The notes below the pieces were generated by a model. The model saw only the letters and a program-made list of their open reading frames with translations. It did no database searches and was not told the DNA's origin. A stretch of DNA of 64,000 nt from Candidatus Uhrbacteria bacterium (GTDB lineage: Bacteria; Patescibacteriota; Patescibacteriia; UBA9934; GWF2-40-263): the NCBI GenBank assembly GCA_037131775.1, contig JBAXQK010000001.1:12708-76707 (forward strand), written 5' to 3'. Below, one piece after another: positions 27,433 to 38,145 of the stretch; within the stretch, counting starts at the first letter, position 1; each line of letters opens with the position of its first letter. The position numbers and the translations under genes are program-made.

Positions 27433-28652
27433 ATGACCATTCTTTCCAACGATTACGCGTCGAATCTTCCGATTCCCACGAAGATTGCGCATGGCGGACC
27501 GGCGAACTTTGCGAGCGCATTCTCGGAGTACGTTGAAAAAAAGGGCACGCCTGGGTGGGAATCATTCGCCAGGACAGCGGCGTTTCCCCCGTGACACGCA
27601 TGCGCGCGGTCGGCTCGCGTGGAAACCGCTCGTACCACAAGGCGCATCTGCCGGGTTCGCGAATCGGGACGTTGCTCACGAAGGAATCCCGGGTGCGACT
27701 CGAGGACTATTTTGCGGAGGAGCTAGATGTGATTTCGGGATTCGTCCGGCGGATGAGGCCGGACGTCGTTTTTTTGAACGGCTTTGACATCCACGCATGG
27801 ATGATTCTCCTTGCGGCTTCGCGCGAGGGAATTCCCGTGGTGGCTCAGCATGCCGGCATCGCGCGCATCGAGTTTATGCTGTACCGGCACCTGTATACTC
27901 GGGCCGGAATGGCCATGATGCTCGAGATGGAGCGCGATATCGTGAAGCACGCCACGACCGAGATATTTCTGAACGCGTACAGCCGGGATACGTTTGCCTC
28001 CGTCGTTGCCCCCGTTCCATCGCGCCAGGCCACGGTCATTCCGCTTCCGTTCCTCGGAGCGTTTGACGCGAAGCGTTCCGTTCGCGCGCGAACAACGCTG
28101 GCTCGGGAAGATCGACTGACCGTGGGCTGCGTCGCGCGGTGGGATCGAATCAAGAACCACAAGGCGTTGTACGCGGTGGCGAAGGAGGCGAAGCGTCTCG
28201 GCTTGCCGTGGACGTTTCGCGCGGTGACGCGCATTCCGGACACGGCGTTCGACCGGCGGTTCAAGGATTCTTACCGAAAGCTGATCGACGTGGTCGATCC
28301 CATGCGTCAGACGGAACTTCCGGCGTTCTATCGTTCGATAGACCTGATGGTCCTTCCGTCCGTCTTCGACGTTTCGCCCACCGTCGTCATGGAGGCGGCG
28401 CTGGAGGGGAAACTGACGCTGATCTCGCCGGGAGTCGGATGGAACTCCGAATACCGCGCCTGCGGCATGGAGGAATGGATCGTCGATTTTTCCGATCCAA
28501 GCTCCGTTGTTCGGCGGCTTCTCGAGCTGAGCAAGAAGCGACCTCCCGCGCGGTTCGCGAACATGGTTCGCACAAAGCATGCCCCGGCCGCCGTCTTCGA
28601 ACGATTTCTCAAGACGCTTTTCTCCGAGATCGCTAAAACCCATCTCCTATGA
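27433..28652 (+). pseudogene. GT4 glycosyltransferase interrupted by a -1 frameshift at 27537-27543
   Basis: Frame 0 MTILSND..HGGPANF..VEKKG joins the -1 frame GHAWVGII..RWDRIKN..LPSVFDVSPTVVMEA. Confidence 0.7.
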
Positions 28653-29667
28653 GAATCGCACAACTCTGTTCGACGATACATCAGGTCAGTCCAAATTCCG
28701 CGCGCGGTATCTACGGCCTCGTGGGGAATTTGTGTGACGCGTTCACGGGCCGGGGCCACGACGTGACGCTGTTCGCGTCGGGAGACGCGCAGGTGAGGGG
28801 ACGAGTCTGTTCGCGCGTCGCGACGAACGGCGGATCGCGCGGTCTCTTCGAGGCCGAAGTGCTGCGCGAGAACATGGAGACCGCCTCCCTCTGCTTCAGT
28901 CAGGCGGAACAGTTCGACGTGATCCAATCCCACTTCTCGCTCCTCGGATGTCATTTCTCCCCCATTGTAAAAACGCCGTCCTTCCATTCGATCCACAGCC
29001 CGATCACCGCCGAGCTTGCCCCGCATCTGCTGCGATACCGGAAGGAGAAATTCATCAGTTTCAGTCTCGCCCAGCGCACCCAGCTTCCGGAGCTCAACTG
29101 GGTCGCGAACATCTACCACGGAATCGACACGAACCTTTACGCGTTCCAGGAGCAGCCGGAAGATTACGTCCTGTACCTCGGAAGGATCACGCAGGACAAG
29201 GGGGTCCACCACGCCATCGCGGCGGCGAAGGAAGCGAAGGTTCCGCTCGTGATCGCCGGCGTGAGCTACCAGAACGAGGGGTACTGGGCCAAGTTCATCG
29301 AGCCGCAGATCGACGGAGTCCAGGTGCGGTTCATCGGGCATGCGAACGTCGAGCAAAAGATCAAGCTGATGCAGAACGCGCGCGCCCTGCTGTTTCCGTC
29401 GCTCGCGCAGGAGACGTTGGGCCTCGTGATGATCGTGCGATGTCGTGCGGCACGCCGGTGATCGGCTTCGACGCCGGGGCCGTCCAGGAGGTGATCCAGG
29501 ACCAGGAGACGGGGTTCGTCGTGCGCACGGAGAAGCAGATGGCGGCCGCGATCAAGAAGATCAAGAACATCGATCGCCGCGCCGTCCGCCGCCGCGCCGA
29601 GACCTTTTTCAGCCTTGAACGCATGGCGGCCGGATACGAGCGGGTGTACCAGCGGTACGTAAAATAG
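28649..29667 (+). pseudogene. GT4 glycosyltransferase with a 1-nt deletion near 29436
   Basis: GHDVTLFASGD, YLGRITQDKG, ETLGLVMI, then shifted AMSCGTPVIG to the stop at 29667. Confidence 0.8.
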
Positions 29668-29744
29668 CCGGGAGGACTGCCGGCCCTTGCTATTTCCTGT
29701 CTTTTCCGGTAGACTCCACCAATTCTAAGCATCGAACAAAATCT

Positions 29745-30134
29745 ATGCCATACGTTTCAAAAATGGGAGGAAAGAAGAAATTCGGCGGCAACCCGGCCTG
29801 GAAGCGCCAGGGCAACGGCGGGGCGTCGAAGGGAGGATTTGCCGGCAAGCCGACGCATGGCGCCTTTGGAAGCGGCTTCGACAAGCCGGAGCTGTTCGAG
29901 GCCACCTGCGCCACGTGCGGCAAGCCCTGCAAGGTTCCGTTCAAGCCGAACGGCCGCAAGCCGGTCCTGTGCAGCGCCTGCTTCGAGAACGACGGCCCGT
30001 CCGAGTCGCGACGCCCGGAGGGTAAGTCCTTTGGCGGATCCAGCGAACGCGCGCCGTCCTCGGGTGACGCCCAGATGCTCAAGACCATCAACGCCAAGTT
30101 GGACGCGATCCTCGCGATGTTGAACGACTTGTAA
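29745..30134 (+). CDS. CxxC-x17-CxxC zinc-ribbon protein
   Basis: ATCATCGKPCKVPFKP..PVLCSACF, INAKLD. Confidence 0.88.
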   Translation: MPYVSKMGGKKKFGGNPAWKRQGNGGASKGGFAGKPTHGAFGSGFDKPELFEATCATCGKPCKVPFKPNGRKPVLCSACFENDGPSESRRPEGKSFGGSSERAPSSGDAQMLKTINAKLDAILAMLNDL

Positions 30135-30142
30135 AGCGAATC

Positions 30143-30177
30143 AAACGCCCAGCCTCTCACGAGAGGCTGGGCGTTTT
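30143..30177 (+). terminator. Intrinsic terminator
   Basis: AAACGCCCAGCCTCTC-ac-GAGAGGCTGGGCGTTTT. Confidence 0.8.
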
Positions 30178-30212
30178 GCGATAAGAAAAATCCCTGCCGA
30201 GCGGGCAGGGGG

Positions 30213-31286
30213 TCAGCGGAGTTCGCGGATGGAGAGGTCCCAGTGGTGATGGTAGAGGCTCACGCCGAGTTCCGCGGACCAGCCGATGGTGACGAGCCTC
30301 CCCGAGTCCGTCAGGGACCGGAGCTCGTTTCGCGTCTCGACCGGGATCGTGTCCGTGACGTACAGGCGGTCGACCGCGCATCCGTCGGCGAGGAATCGCT
30401 TGGCGGCGCCGTCGCACAGAACGGCATGCGTGACCACGGCGTGGACGCATTGCGCGCCGCACTCCTCCTTGATGACGCGCGTGGCCTTGATGTTCGTTCC
30501 CCCGGTGGCGATCTCGTCGTCCACGCAGAGAACCGTTGCTCCGCGCAGGGCGCTCGTCGCGCCGAACAGCTGTTTCAGCTCCGTCTCGGTGCTGGACGCC
30601 CGGCGCTTGATTCCGCAGACGACGGGAAGGTGGATGGAGAATTCCCTCTCGATCGCGTCGATTGCCTTGCCGGTGCGCTTGGCGGATCCGTCATCCGGAA
30701 AGGCCAGGCAGACGCGTTCTCCCGCCGCGATCGCCGCTCGGATCGCCGCCTTGAGGACGAGTCGGATCAGCGTGAGTTCCGTGATGAGTCCGGTCGGGCC
30801 GGCCATGACCATCTGCGGCGCGTGCATGTCGACCGCGATGATGCGGTCAAGGTGAGCCGTCGTCGTGTGGGCGGCGCCCATCATCTGGGAGATGACGTAC
30901 TGCGGGAGCGAGAACTCATCCTCGCCCTCGTCCTTGTCCGACCGGCACAGGGGGAAATATCCCGTCGCGAGCGCGATTCGCTTCGCGCGCCGCCCCGCCG
31001 TGTATCGGAGCAGCAGGTTGAGCTGCCCGAGCATTTCCCAGTTTCCCGGGCCGCTCGCGATGATGACGCAGTCGTGGCCGCCCACGTGCTGCTTGCTGAA
31101 CTTCAGGAACGGCTCGCCGCTCGCCCTGCTTCCGAAAACGGGCACCTTGATGTCTACCGGGGTATAGCGCCTTCCTCGTTTCCGGCTGTACTCCTCGACG
31201 GCCGCCGCCGCCTGGATGGCCTGGGCCTCGAAGCCGGGCATGGGGATGAACGTAAGGCCGCCGTTGTCGTTGTGGGGAATCCGCAT
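30213..31286 (-). CDS. Divergent ribose-phosphate pyrophosphokinase (Prs)-like protein
   Basis: SGE, RSDK, VDMH, PDDG, VDDEIATGGT, TH, VTDTIP; GGAGG SD. Confidence 0.75.
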   Translation of the reverse strand: MRIPHNDNGGLTFIPMPGFEAQAIQAAAAVEEYSRKRGRRYTPVDIKVPVFGSRASGEPFLKFSKQHVGGHDCVIIASGPGNWEMLGQLNLLLRYTAGRRAKRIALATGYFPLCRSDKDEGEDEFSLPQYVISQMMGAAHTTTAHLDRIIAVDMHAPQMVMAGPTGLITELTLIRLVLKAAIRAAIAAGERVCLAFPDDGSAKRTGKAIDAIEREFSIHLPVVCGIKRRASSTETELKQLFGATSALRGATVLCVDDEIATGGTNIKATRVIKEECGAQCVHAVVTHAVLCDGAAKRFLADGCAVDRLYVTDTIPVETRNELRSLTDSGRLVTIGWSAELGVSLYHHHWDLSIRELR

Positions 31287-31390
31287 GGTCTACTAACCTC
31301 CGCCGGAAGTTAAACAGGAAACGGCCTCCTCGTCAATGCATTCCGGCCACGAACCTGGTACACTGTCCCGCAGAACAATTGTCATATCCT

Positions 31391-31954
31391 ATGATCGATC
31401 AAATTGTCGCCCTCGACCTGCGGGTTCTCCATGCCATCATTGCGACGCGTACGGAGAATTTGCTTCTATTTTTCAAGTTCGTGACGCTTCTCGCCTCGCC
31501 CGTCGTGGTCGTCCTTGGCATCGGCGCCGTCTGCTGCGGCCTTGCGATTCGCAAACAGCTGAAGGTGGCCGTCGTTCTGTGTTCCGGCCTGGTCGTGACG
31601 GAAGCCGCCATGTTCACGCTGAAGCACCTGATCCGCCGCGATCGTCCGGACGCTGCTCTCCACGCCGTCGTTGAGGACGGGTTCTCCATGCCGAGCGGAC
31701 ACGCGACCTCGGCGGCGTTTTTCTTCGGAGTGCTCGCGTACCTGCTCGTGCGGGGGCCGGTCCTTCGAAAATGGCAGAAGGTCGTCGCCGTTCTCGTCGC
31801 GTTGGCCGCGGTCATCGCCGTCGATTTCAGCCGCATGTATCTCGGCGTGCACTATCTGAGCGACGTGATCGCCGGAAACGTCGTCGGTTTCCTCGGTCTG
31901 TTCGCGACCATTGCGGTTATCGAGCGTCTTCGGAACGAAAAGAGGGTAACGTAA
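31391..31954 (+). CDS. PAP2 family phosphatase
   Basis: KHLIRRDRP, SMPSGH, SRMYLGVHYLSDV. Confidence 0.92.
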   Translation: MIDQIVALDLRVLHAIIATRTENLLLFFKFVTLLASPVVVVLGIGAVCCGLAIRKQLKVAVVLCSGLVVTEAAMFTLKHLIRRDRPDAALHAVVEDGFSMPSGHATSAAFFFGVLAYLLVRGPVLRKWQKVVAVLVALAAVIAVDFSRMYLGVHYLSDVIAGNVVGFLGLFATIAVIERLRNEKRVT

Positions 31955-31958
31955 GCAT

Positions 31959-32588
31959 ATGCCGAAGATCAGCGCGATCGGGTTCGATTGGGGCGGGGTG
32001 GTCTCGCAGTATCCGGGAAAAAGCTTCAACGACGCCGCGGCGGAGTTTCTTGGCGTGGACAATGAGGCGTTCCGGCGGGCGTATTTTTTGCACAACCACA
32101 TGGTCAACAAGGGACCGGACGCGAAGACGTATGAGACGGCCGTCGAGATGTGGCTGGAGATCCTGACGGAACTTGGCATCCCGGGGCGGACGGACGCGTT
32201 TGTCGAGTTCGTACGGGCCCGTCCGCAGGCGCAGATCAACGAGGAGGTCGTCGGACTGATCAAGCGCCTTCGCAGGCTCGGCTGGAAGGTCGGCCTGTTT
32301 AGCAACAACTCCGCGGAGAACGCGACGGATTTTCGATATCGCGGGTACGACACCTGGTTCGACGTCTCGCTTTTTTCGGGCGACGTGAACCGTATGAAGC
32401 CCGAGCCCGAGGCGTTTGAGATGCTTGCCGAGGCGCTCGGCGTGCCCGTCACGGAGCTTGTCTTCATAGACGATTCGGAGCGAAGCCTGTCGACGGCGGC
32501 TGAGGTTGGCTATGAGCCTATTCTGTTCACGACGGTAGAGTCCTTGACCGAACGGCTCGAGGAACTGGGGCTTTTGCGAAAACTCTGA
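31959..32588 (+). CDS. HAD-family phosphatase (YihX-like)
   Basis: FDWGGV, SNN, KPEP, FIDD. Confidence 0.88.
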   Translation: MPKISAIGFDWGGVVSQYPGKSFNDAAAEFLGVDNEAFRRAYFLHNHMVNKGPDAKTYETAVEMWLEILTELGIPGRTDAFVEFVRARPQAQINEEVVGLIKRLRRLGWKVGLFSNNSAENATDFRYRGYDTWFDVSLFSGDVNRMKPEPEAFEMLAEALGVPVTELVFIDDSERSLSTAAEVGYEPILFTTVESLTERLEELGLLRKL

Positions 32589-32600
32589 TAGACTGGGCAC

Positions 32601-32942
32601 ATGATACGTTTGGTTTCCATGCTGATTGCCTCCCTTGTCCTTGCCTTCGCCACGATCGGCGGATTGGCGGTGCTTGGAATGGAAGGGGACGGAATGCAGA
32701 TGGACGCGGGGCATGGCAGCATGGACTGCCTGTCGCACTGCCTCGGCGTCGCGTCGTCGGCCTCGACGGGAATCGCGTCCGCGATCGTTTCGACGGTTGG
32801 GTTCGCCACCCTGTTCGTTTTGCTGCTCATCGTCTGGCAGTCGTCGGAGGCTGAGACGATTCCGTCGATCGTCCGCTGGCGCGAGGGAATCGGCAAACGA
32901 TACAGGCAACGGGAACTCGCCGTCGTGAGAATCCAGGATTGA
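32601..32942 (+). CDS. Small membrane protein with Met/His/CxxxC motif upstream of copA
   Basis: TM, MEGDGMQMDAGHGSMDCLSHC, second TM, basic tail. Confidence 0.65.
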   Translation: MIRLVSMLIASLVLAFATIGGLAVLGMEGDGMQMDAGHGSMDCLSHCLGVASSASTGIASAIVSTVGFATLFVLLLIVWQSSEAETIPSIVRWREGIGKRYRQRELAVVRIQD

Positions 32943-32992
32943 GAGGCGGCCGGGAGCGATCTTGCTTTTGGCTGCTTTTATTTATCCTCAAT

Positions 32993-33061
32993 ATTGCGAG
33001 CTCGCTCAGTGCGAAGCAATCCCAACGAGGGGATGCATCGGCCTCCGGGCCTCGCAATGAC
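32993..33061. repeat. ATTGCGAG..GAAGCAATCC..CTCGCAATGAC palindromic element (REP/RPE-like)
   Basis: Terminal inverted repeat ATTGCGAG/CTCGCAAT with internal CGAAGCAATCCC/GGGATGCATCG arm; ends 7 nt before the copA ATG. Confidence 0.7.
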
Positions 33062-33068
33062 ATATGAT

Positions 33069-35306
33069 ATGACCGAGAAAAAAACCTATAAGATCGCCGG
33101 AATGCACTGCGCATCCTGCGCGGGGATCATTCAGAAGACGTTTCAGAAGATGAACGGAGTCGCGTCCGCCGAGGTGAACTATGCGACCGAGACGGCGAAG
33201 GTCGCGTTCGACGCGGGGAAGACGAGCGCGGAGACGCTCTCCGCGGCGATCCTGCCGCTTGGGTATTCGCTCGTGCTCGACAAGGAGACGAGCGGGACGA
33301 AAGCCCCTGAGAACAAGGAGGCGAACCCACTGCCAGTTTTGCTTCCGATCGTCGCGGTCAGCCTGTACGTCATGGGCTGGGACGCGCTGATCGCGTTCGG
33401 GTATCTGCCGAAGATGACAGTGTTCTGGAGCGAGTTTTTCCATCATCTCCTCCCGCTGATTGCGACCTACGCGCTGTTTGTCGTCGGAAAGCCGTTCCTG
33501 CAGGGCGTGTACCGATTCCTTCGCTATGGAAAGGCCAACATGGATACGCTCATTGGCATCGGTACGCTGGCGGCATATCTTTACAGCGCCACGATCGGCG
33601 CGTTCGAGGAATCGCTTGCGCCGTATCTGAACGTGGAACAGTCGTACTTCGACGTGACGATCGTCGTCATCTCGTTCGTGACCATCGGCAAGTGGCTGGA
33701 GGCGCGGGCGAAGCGTAAGACGGGCGATGCCATTCAGGGACTGATGAAGCTGCAGGCCAAGATGGCGACGGTCGTGCGCGACGGCAAGGAAGTCGAGGTT
33801 CCGATCGGGGACGTGGCCGTGGGCGACATCGTCGTCATCAAGCCGGCCGGGAGGATTCCGGTCGACGGGACGGTCGTGGAGGGAGCGTCGTATCTCGACG
33901 AGTCGCTCGTGACCGGGGAGCCGATGCCGGTGAAGAAGGTCGCGGGCGATTCCGTCGTGTCGGGGACGATGAACGGCGACGGGGCGTTCACGTTCCGCGC
34001 GACGAAGGTTGGCGCGGACACGATGCTCGCGCGGATCGTCGCGATGGTCGAGGAAGCGCAGGGAAGCCGCGCGCCGATCCAGGCGATGGCCGACAGGATT
34101 TCAGAAGTATTCGTGCCGACCGTGCTCGTGATCGCCTTCGGATCGCTTGCGGCCTGGCTGACCGTCGGGACGTATTACTTGGGATTCGCGCAGGCCTTGT
34201 CGTTCGGCCTTTCGTCGTTCGTGGGCGTTCTCGTGATCGCGTGCCCGTGCGCGCTCGGGCTTGCGACGCCGACGGCGATTATCGTCGGGGTAGGCAAGGG
34301 CGCCAAGGAGGGGATTCTGGTGAAGGACGCCGCGGCGCTCGAGATGCTCGGGAAGGCAAACGTCGTCGCGATGGACAAGACCGGGACGCTGACGAAGGGA
34401 AAGCCGGAAGTCGTGTCCGTGAAGGCCGTGGCGCCGATGACGGATGACCGGGCGGTGGCGATTCTTGCCTCGCTTGAGGGTCGCTCGGAGCATCCGATCG
34501 CGCATGCCATCCTTTCTTACGTGACGGGCCGGAAGATCTCCGCGCCTTCCGTCGACGGTTTCGAGGCGATCAAGGGGATGGGGGTGAAGGGGAGGGTCGA
34601 TGGGACGACCTATTGGGCCGGGAACGTTCGGCTGATCCGGTCGCTTGCCATCGCGTTCGATGTTTCGACGCTTGAACACGAAACATCGTCAGGGAACACT
34701 CCAGTGATTCTCGCGACGGCCAAGGGGGTCGTCGCGGTCGTCATGGTCGCGGATCCGGTAAAGCCGGAGGCCGTCCAGGCCGTTCGCCATCTCCACGATC
34801 TCGGCCTGAAGGTCGTGATGCTCACGGGCGACGCGAAAGGGACGGCGGAGTTCATCGGCGCGCAGGTTGGCGTCGACGAGGTGGTGGCGGAGGCACTGCC
34901 GGAAGGAAAGCTTGAAAAGATCAGGTCGCTCCAGGCGGAAGGAAGAATCGTCGCGATGGCGGGCGACGGGGTCAACGACGCACCGGCGCTCGCGCAGGCG
35001 AACGTCGGGATCGCGATGGCGACCGGAACCGACGTGGCGATCGATTCCGCGGGAATCACGCTGCTGCACGGCGACATCGGAAAGATCGCGAAGTCCGTCG
35101 CGTTGTCGAAGCTGACGATGCGCGGGATTCGACAAAACCTGTTCTGGGCGTTCTGCTACAACGTGGTTGGCATTCCGCTCGCGGCCGGCCTGCTCTATCC
35201 GGTCTTCGGCTGGACGCTCAGCCCGGTGTTTGCCGGCGCGGCCATGGCGTTCTCCAGCGTGTCCGTGGTGATGAACTCGCTCCGTCTGAAGACGGTGAAG
35301 CTCTAG
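33069..35306 (+). CDS. copA: Copper-translocating P1B-1 ATPase
   Basis: GMHCASC, TGE, CPCALGLATP, DKTGT, SEHP, GDGVNDAP, YN, MAFSS. Confidence 0.95.
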   Translation: MTEKKTYKIAGMHCASCAGIIQKTFQKMNGVASAEVNYATETAKVAFDAGKTSAETLSAAILPLGYSLVLDKETSGTKAPENKEANPLPVLLPIVAVSLYVMGWDALIAFGYLPKMTVFWSEFFHHLLPLIATYALFVVGKPFLQGVYRFLRYGKANMDTLIGIGTLAAYLYSATIGAFEESLAPYLNVEQSYFDVTIVVISFVTIGKWLEARAKRKTGDAIQGLMKLQAKMATVVRDGKEVEVPIGDVAVGDIVVIKPAGRIPVDGTVVEGASYLDESLVTGEPMPVKKVAGDSVVSGTMNGDGAFTFRATKVGADTMLARIVAMVEEAQGSRAPIQAMADRISEVFVPTVLVIAFGSLAAWLTVGTYYLGFAQALSFGLSSFVGVLVIACPCALGLATPTAIIVGVGKGAKEGILVKDAAALEMLGKANVVAMDKTGTLTKGKPEVVSVKAVAPMTDDRAVAILASLEGRSEHPIAHAILSYVTGRKISAPSVDGFEAIKGMGVKGRVDGTTYWAGNVRLIRSLAIAFDVSTLEHETSSGNTPVILATAKGVVAVVMVADPVKPEAVQAVRHLHDLGLKVVMLTGDAKGTAEFIGAQVGVDEVVAEALPEGKLEKIRSLQAEGRIVAMAGDGVNDAPALAQANVGIAMATGTDVAIDSAGITLLHGDIGKIAKSVALSKLTMRGIRQNLFWAFCYNVVGIPLAAGLLYPVFGWTLSPVFAGAAMAFSSVSVVMNSLRLKTVKL

Positions 35307-35307
35307 T

Positions 35308-36330
35308 ATGGAATCGCACAAATTCTACGTCTCGGGGATGCACTGCCAGGCGTGCGTGCTCATGACCGAAAGCGAGCTGAAGGACTGTCCGTGCGTGACG
35401 AGCGCGACCACAAGTTTGAAGGAGGAGACGGTGGTCGTCGTTGGCGAGTTCGAGGGAAGGGACGCGACTGCCATTGCGGAGGAACTGACGAAAGTTCTTA
35501 CAAAACATGGGTATGCGCTTAGCGTCGAGCGCCCGGTGCCCGCTGCTAAGCGATGGGGTGAGTTCGCCTACGCCATCCCGCTCGCGTTTGCCCTCATTCT
35601 CGCGTTTGCCGGACTCCAACAGTTCGGACTCGTGAACCTAATCCCGGGAGGAACCGTGAGCTACGCGACTCCGCTCTTCGTCGGAATCGTCGCCTCGCTT
35701 TCGAGTTGCCTCGCGGTGGTGGGCGGGCTCGTGCTCACTCTGTCCGCGACGTTCGCGAAATCGGGAAGCACCGTGCGTCCGATCGCGACGTTTCATATCG
35801 CGAGGATCGTCTCGTTCTTCGTCTTGGGAGGAGCGATCGGCGCACTCGGTTCCGCGTTCCGGCTGGGGACGACCGCGACGCTCGTGGTCCAAATTGTCCT
35901 CGCGGCGGTCATGCTCGTCCTCGGCGTCAATCTCCTCGATCTGCTTGCAAGCGCAAAGAGGTTCCAGCCGTCGATGCCGAAGTTCGTCTCCGCCCGCGTC
36001 GTCCGTGCGTCCAAACTGACGAACGGTTTCGTCCCGGCCCTCGTTGGCGCGCTGACCTTCTTCCTTCCGTGTGGATTCACGCAGTCGATGCAGCTATACG
36101 CGCTTTCGACCGGATCGTTCCTGGCGGGCGCGCTCACCATGCTCGCGTTCTCGATCGGAACCTTTCCGGTCCTGGCGCTTGTAAGTTTCGGCTCGTTCAA
36201 GCTGGAAAAGAGCGCACGGAAGGGAATCTTCCTGCGAGCCGCGGGAATCCTCGTCATCGCGTTCGCCATCTTTAACCTGACGAACGCGCTTGTGGCAGCC
36301 GGATACATTCAGCCGATATTCAATATCTAG
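35308..36330 (+). CDS. HMA domain plus DsbD_2/TauE-like membrane protein
   Basis: GMHCQAC, SSCLAVVGG, FFLPCGFTQ. Confidence 0.85.
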   Translation: MESHKFYVSGMHCQACVLMTESELKDCPCVTSATTSLKEETVVVVGEFEGRDATAIAEELTKVLTKHGYALSVERPVPAAKRWGEFAYAIPLAFALILAFAGLQQFGLVNLIPGGTVSYATPLFVGIVASLSSCLAVVGGLVLTLSATFAKSGSTVRPIATFHIARIVSFFVLGGAIGALGSAFRLGTTATLVVQIVLAAVMLVLGVNLLDLLASAKRFQPSMPKFVSARVVRASKLTNGFVPALVGALTFFLPCGFTQSMQLYALSTGSFLAGALTMLAFSIGTFPVLALVSFGSFKLEKSARKGIFLRAAGILVIAFAIFNLTNALVAAGYIQPIFNI

Positions 36331-36343
36331 AATCGAATACAAT

Positions 36344-36751
36344 ATGTCGTCAAACCCATTTCTCTACATCGTCATCGGGATCGTATTGATCGGAGGGTTC
36401 GTTCTGCTCAGCGGAGGAGGGAAGTCAACGACGGTTGCCTCGACGTCCGGCGCGTCGGCCGGTTCGAACGTCGAGATCGTCGACGGAACGCAAATCGTGA
36501 CGATCGAGGCGAAGGGTGGGTATACGCCGGGATCGAGCGTCGCAAAGGCCGGAATCCCTACGATCCTTCGGTTCGTGACGAGCGGCGCCTACGATTGCTC
36601 ATCGAGCGTCGTCATCCCAAGCCGCAAGATCGCGCAGGACCTTCCCGCGACCGGAACGACTGACATCGACGTCGGCACGCTCGCGCCGGGAACGCTGAGC
36701 GGCACGTGCTCGATGGGGATGTACCGGTTCAGCGTGGAGGCGAAGTCGTGA
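36344..36751 (+). CDS. Membrane-anchored cupredoxin (CupA-like)
   Basis: GGYTP, AGIP, DC, CSMGMY. Confidence 0.85.
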   Translation: MSSNPFLYIVIGIVLIGGFVLLSGGGKSTTVASTSGASAGSNVEIVDGTQIVTIEAKGGYTPGSSVAKAGIPTILRFVTSGAYDCSSSVVIPSRKIAQDLPATGTTDIDVGTLAPGTLSGTCSMGMYRFSVEAKS

Positions 36752-36757
36752 TCCCGA

Positions 36758-36847
36758 CGGGACGAAAGTCCCTGGGAAGCGCACGGGACTAAAGTCCCTA
36801 TGAAATCAAAGTCCTGGGAATTGATATTCCCAGGGACTTTAGTCCCG
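36758..36847. repeat. Cluster of GGGACTAAAGTCCC-family palindromes (BIME-like)
   Basis: Copies at 36758, 36784, partial 36808, inverted 36827, between convergent stops. Confidence 0.85.
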
Positions 36848-36857
36848 CTCGATCGTT

Positions 36858-37328
36858 TTATACGTGACACGTCGACATTCCGCGCTTCGCAAGATACTGC
36901 TGGTGGTAATCCTCAGCCGGATAGAACGTGACGGCAGGGACGATCTCGGTGACAATCGGCTTGTTCCATTTCCCACTAGCTTCCAGGGCCGCGCGCGACC
37001 GTTCCGCCGCGGCTTTTTGGTCCTCGTCGTGATAAAAGATCACGCTTCGATACTGCGTCCCGACGTCCGGGCCCTGGCGGTTCAGCGTCGTTGGATTGTG
37101 GTTGCTCCAAAAGACGTCGAGCAACGAATCGTAGCCGACGGCCGCAGGATCGTACTCGACCTGGACGACCTCCGCGTGGCCGGACTCGTTCGAGCAAACG
37201 TCCTCGTACGTCGGGCTCAGCGTGTCGCCGCCGGTATAGCCGACCATGGTCTTTGTCACTCCCGGGAGCTTGCGGAACGTCTCCTCCACGCCCCAGAAGC
37301 ATCCCGCGCCGAACGTTGCCGTGCTCAT
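36858..37328 (-). CDS. msrA: Peptide-methionine (S)-S-oxide reductase
   Basis: [34 protein letters not shown]. Confidence 0.96.
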   Translation of the reverse strand: MSTATFGAGCFWGVEETFRKLPGVTKTMVGYTGGDTLSPTYEDVCSNESGHAEVVQVEYDPAAVGYDSLLDVFWSNHNPTTLNRQGPDVGTQYRSVIFYHDEDQKAAAERSRAALEASGKWNKPIVTEIVPAVTFYPAEDYHQQYLAKRGMSTCHV

Positions 37329-37344
37329 ATGGTATAATAGGTTC

Positions 37345-37794
37345 ATGAAGAGCATATCAAAATCATCGAAGGTTGAAAATCGGTCGCTCCCGGAATTCCG
37401 GCACGCCTTTGCCGGACTTGCCGCTGTCCTTTCCGCGGATGTGATCAGCCTTGGCTTTCATGTCTACGAGCGGTTCCCGGACATCGACGTCCCGATGCAC
37501 GTGGCCGGGGGATTCTTCGTCGGTCTCTTCGCGATCTGCGTCCGCAACGAGCTGCTTCGCCGCAGACTCATTGCGCGGGCTCCCTGGTGGTACGACCTGA
37601 TCTTCGCGGTCGGCTTCGTCGCGGTCGTCGCGATCTTTTGGGAGCTGTACGAGTTTGTCCTCGACGCGACGTACGTGGCCAGCCATCATCTGATGAAGAG
37701 CCAGATCTCCGTCGCGGACACGGTCGACGACCTGATGAACGGAATAATCGGCGCCGCATTCGCGTTCTGGGTGCACGGAAGCGCAAAGAAATAG
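37345..37794 (+). CDS. Hypothetical membrane protein (DUF2238/VanZ-like)
   Basis: [21 protein letters not shown]. Confidence 0.7.
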   Translation: MKSISKSSKVENRSLPEFRHAFAGLAAVLSADVISLGFHVYERFPDIDVPMHVAGGFFVGLFAICVRNELLRRRLIARAPWWYDLIFAVGFVAVVAIFWELYEFVLDATYVASHHLMKSQISVADTVDDLMNGIIGAAFAFWVHGSAKK

Positions 37795-37813
37795 GCACCC
37801 CTTGACAGCTACA

Positions 37814-38129
<316 letters not shown>

Positions 38130-38145
38130 TAGGCGTACTCACTCG

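Noticed and set aside
36758-36847. Repeat clusters here and at 49899-49972 as CRISPR arrays
   Set aside because: Units are too short, spacing is irregular, orientation is mixed and there are no cas genes
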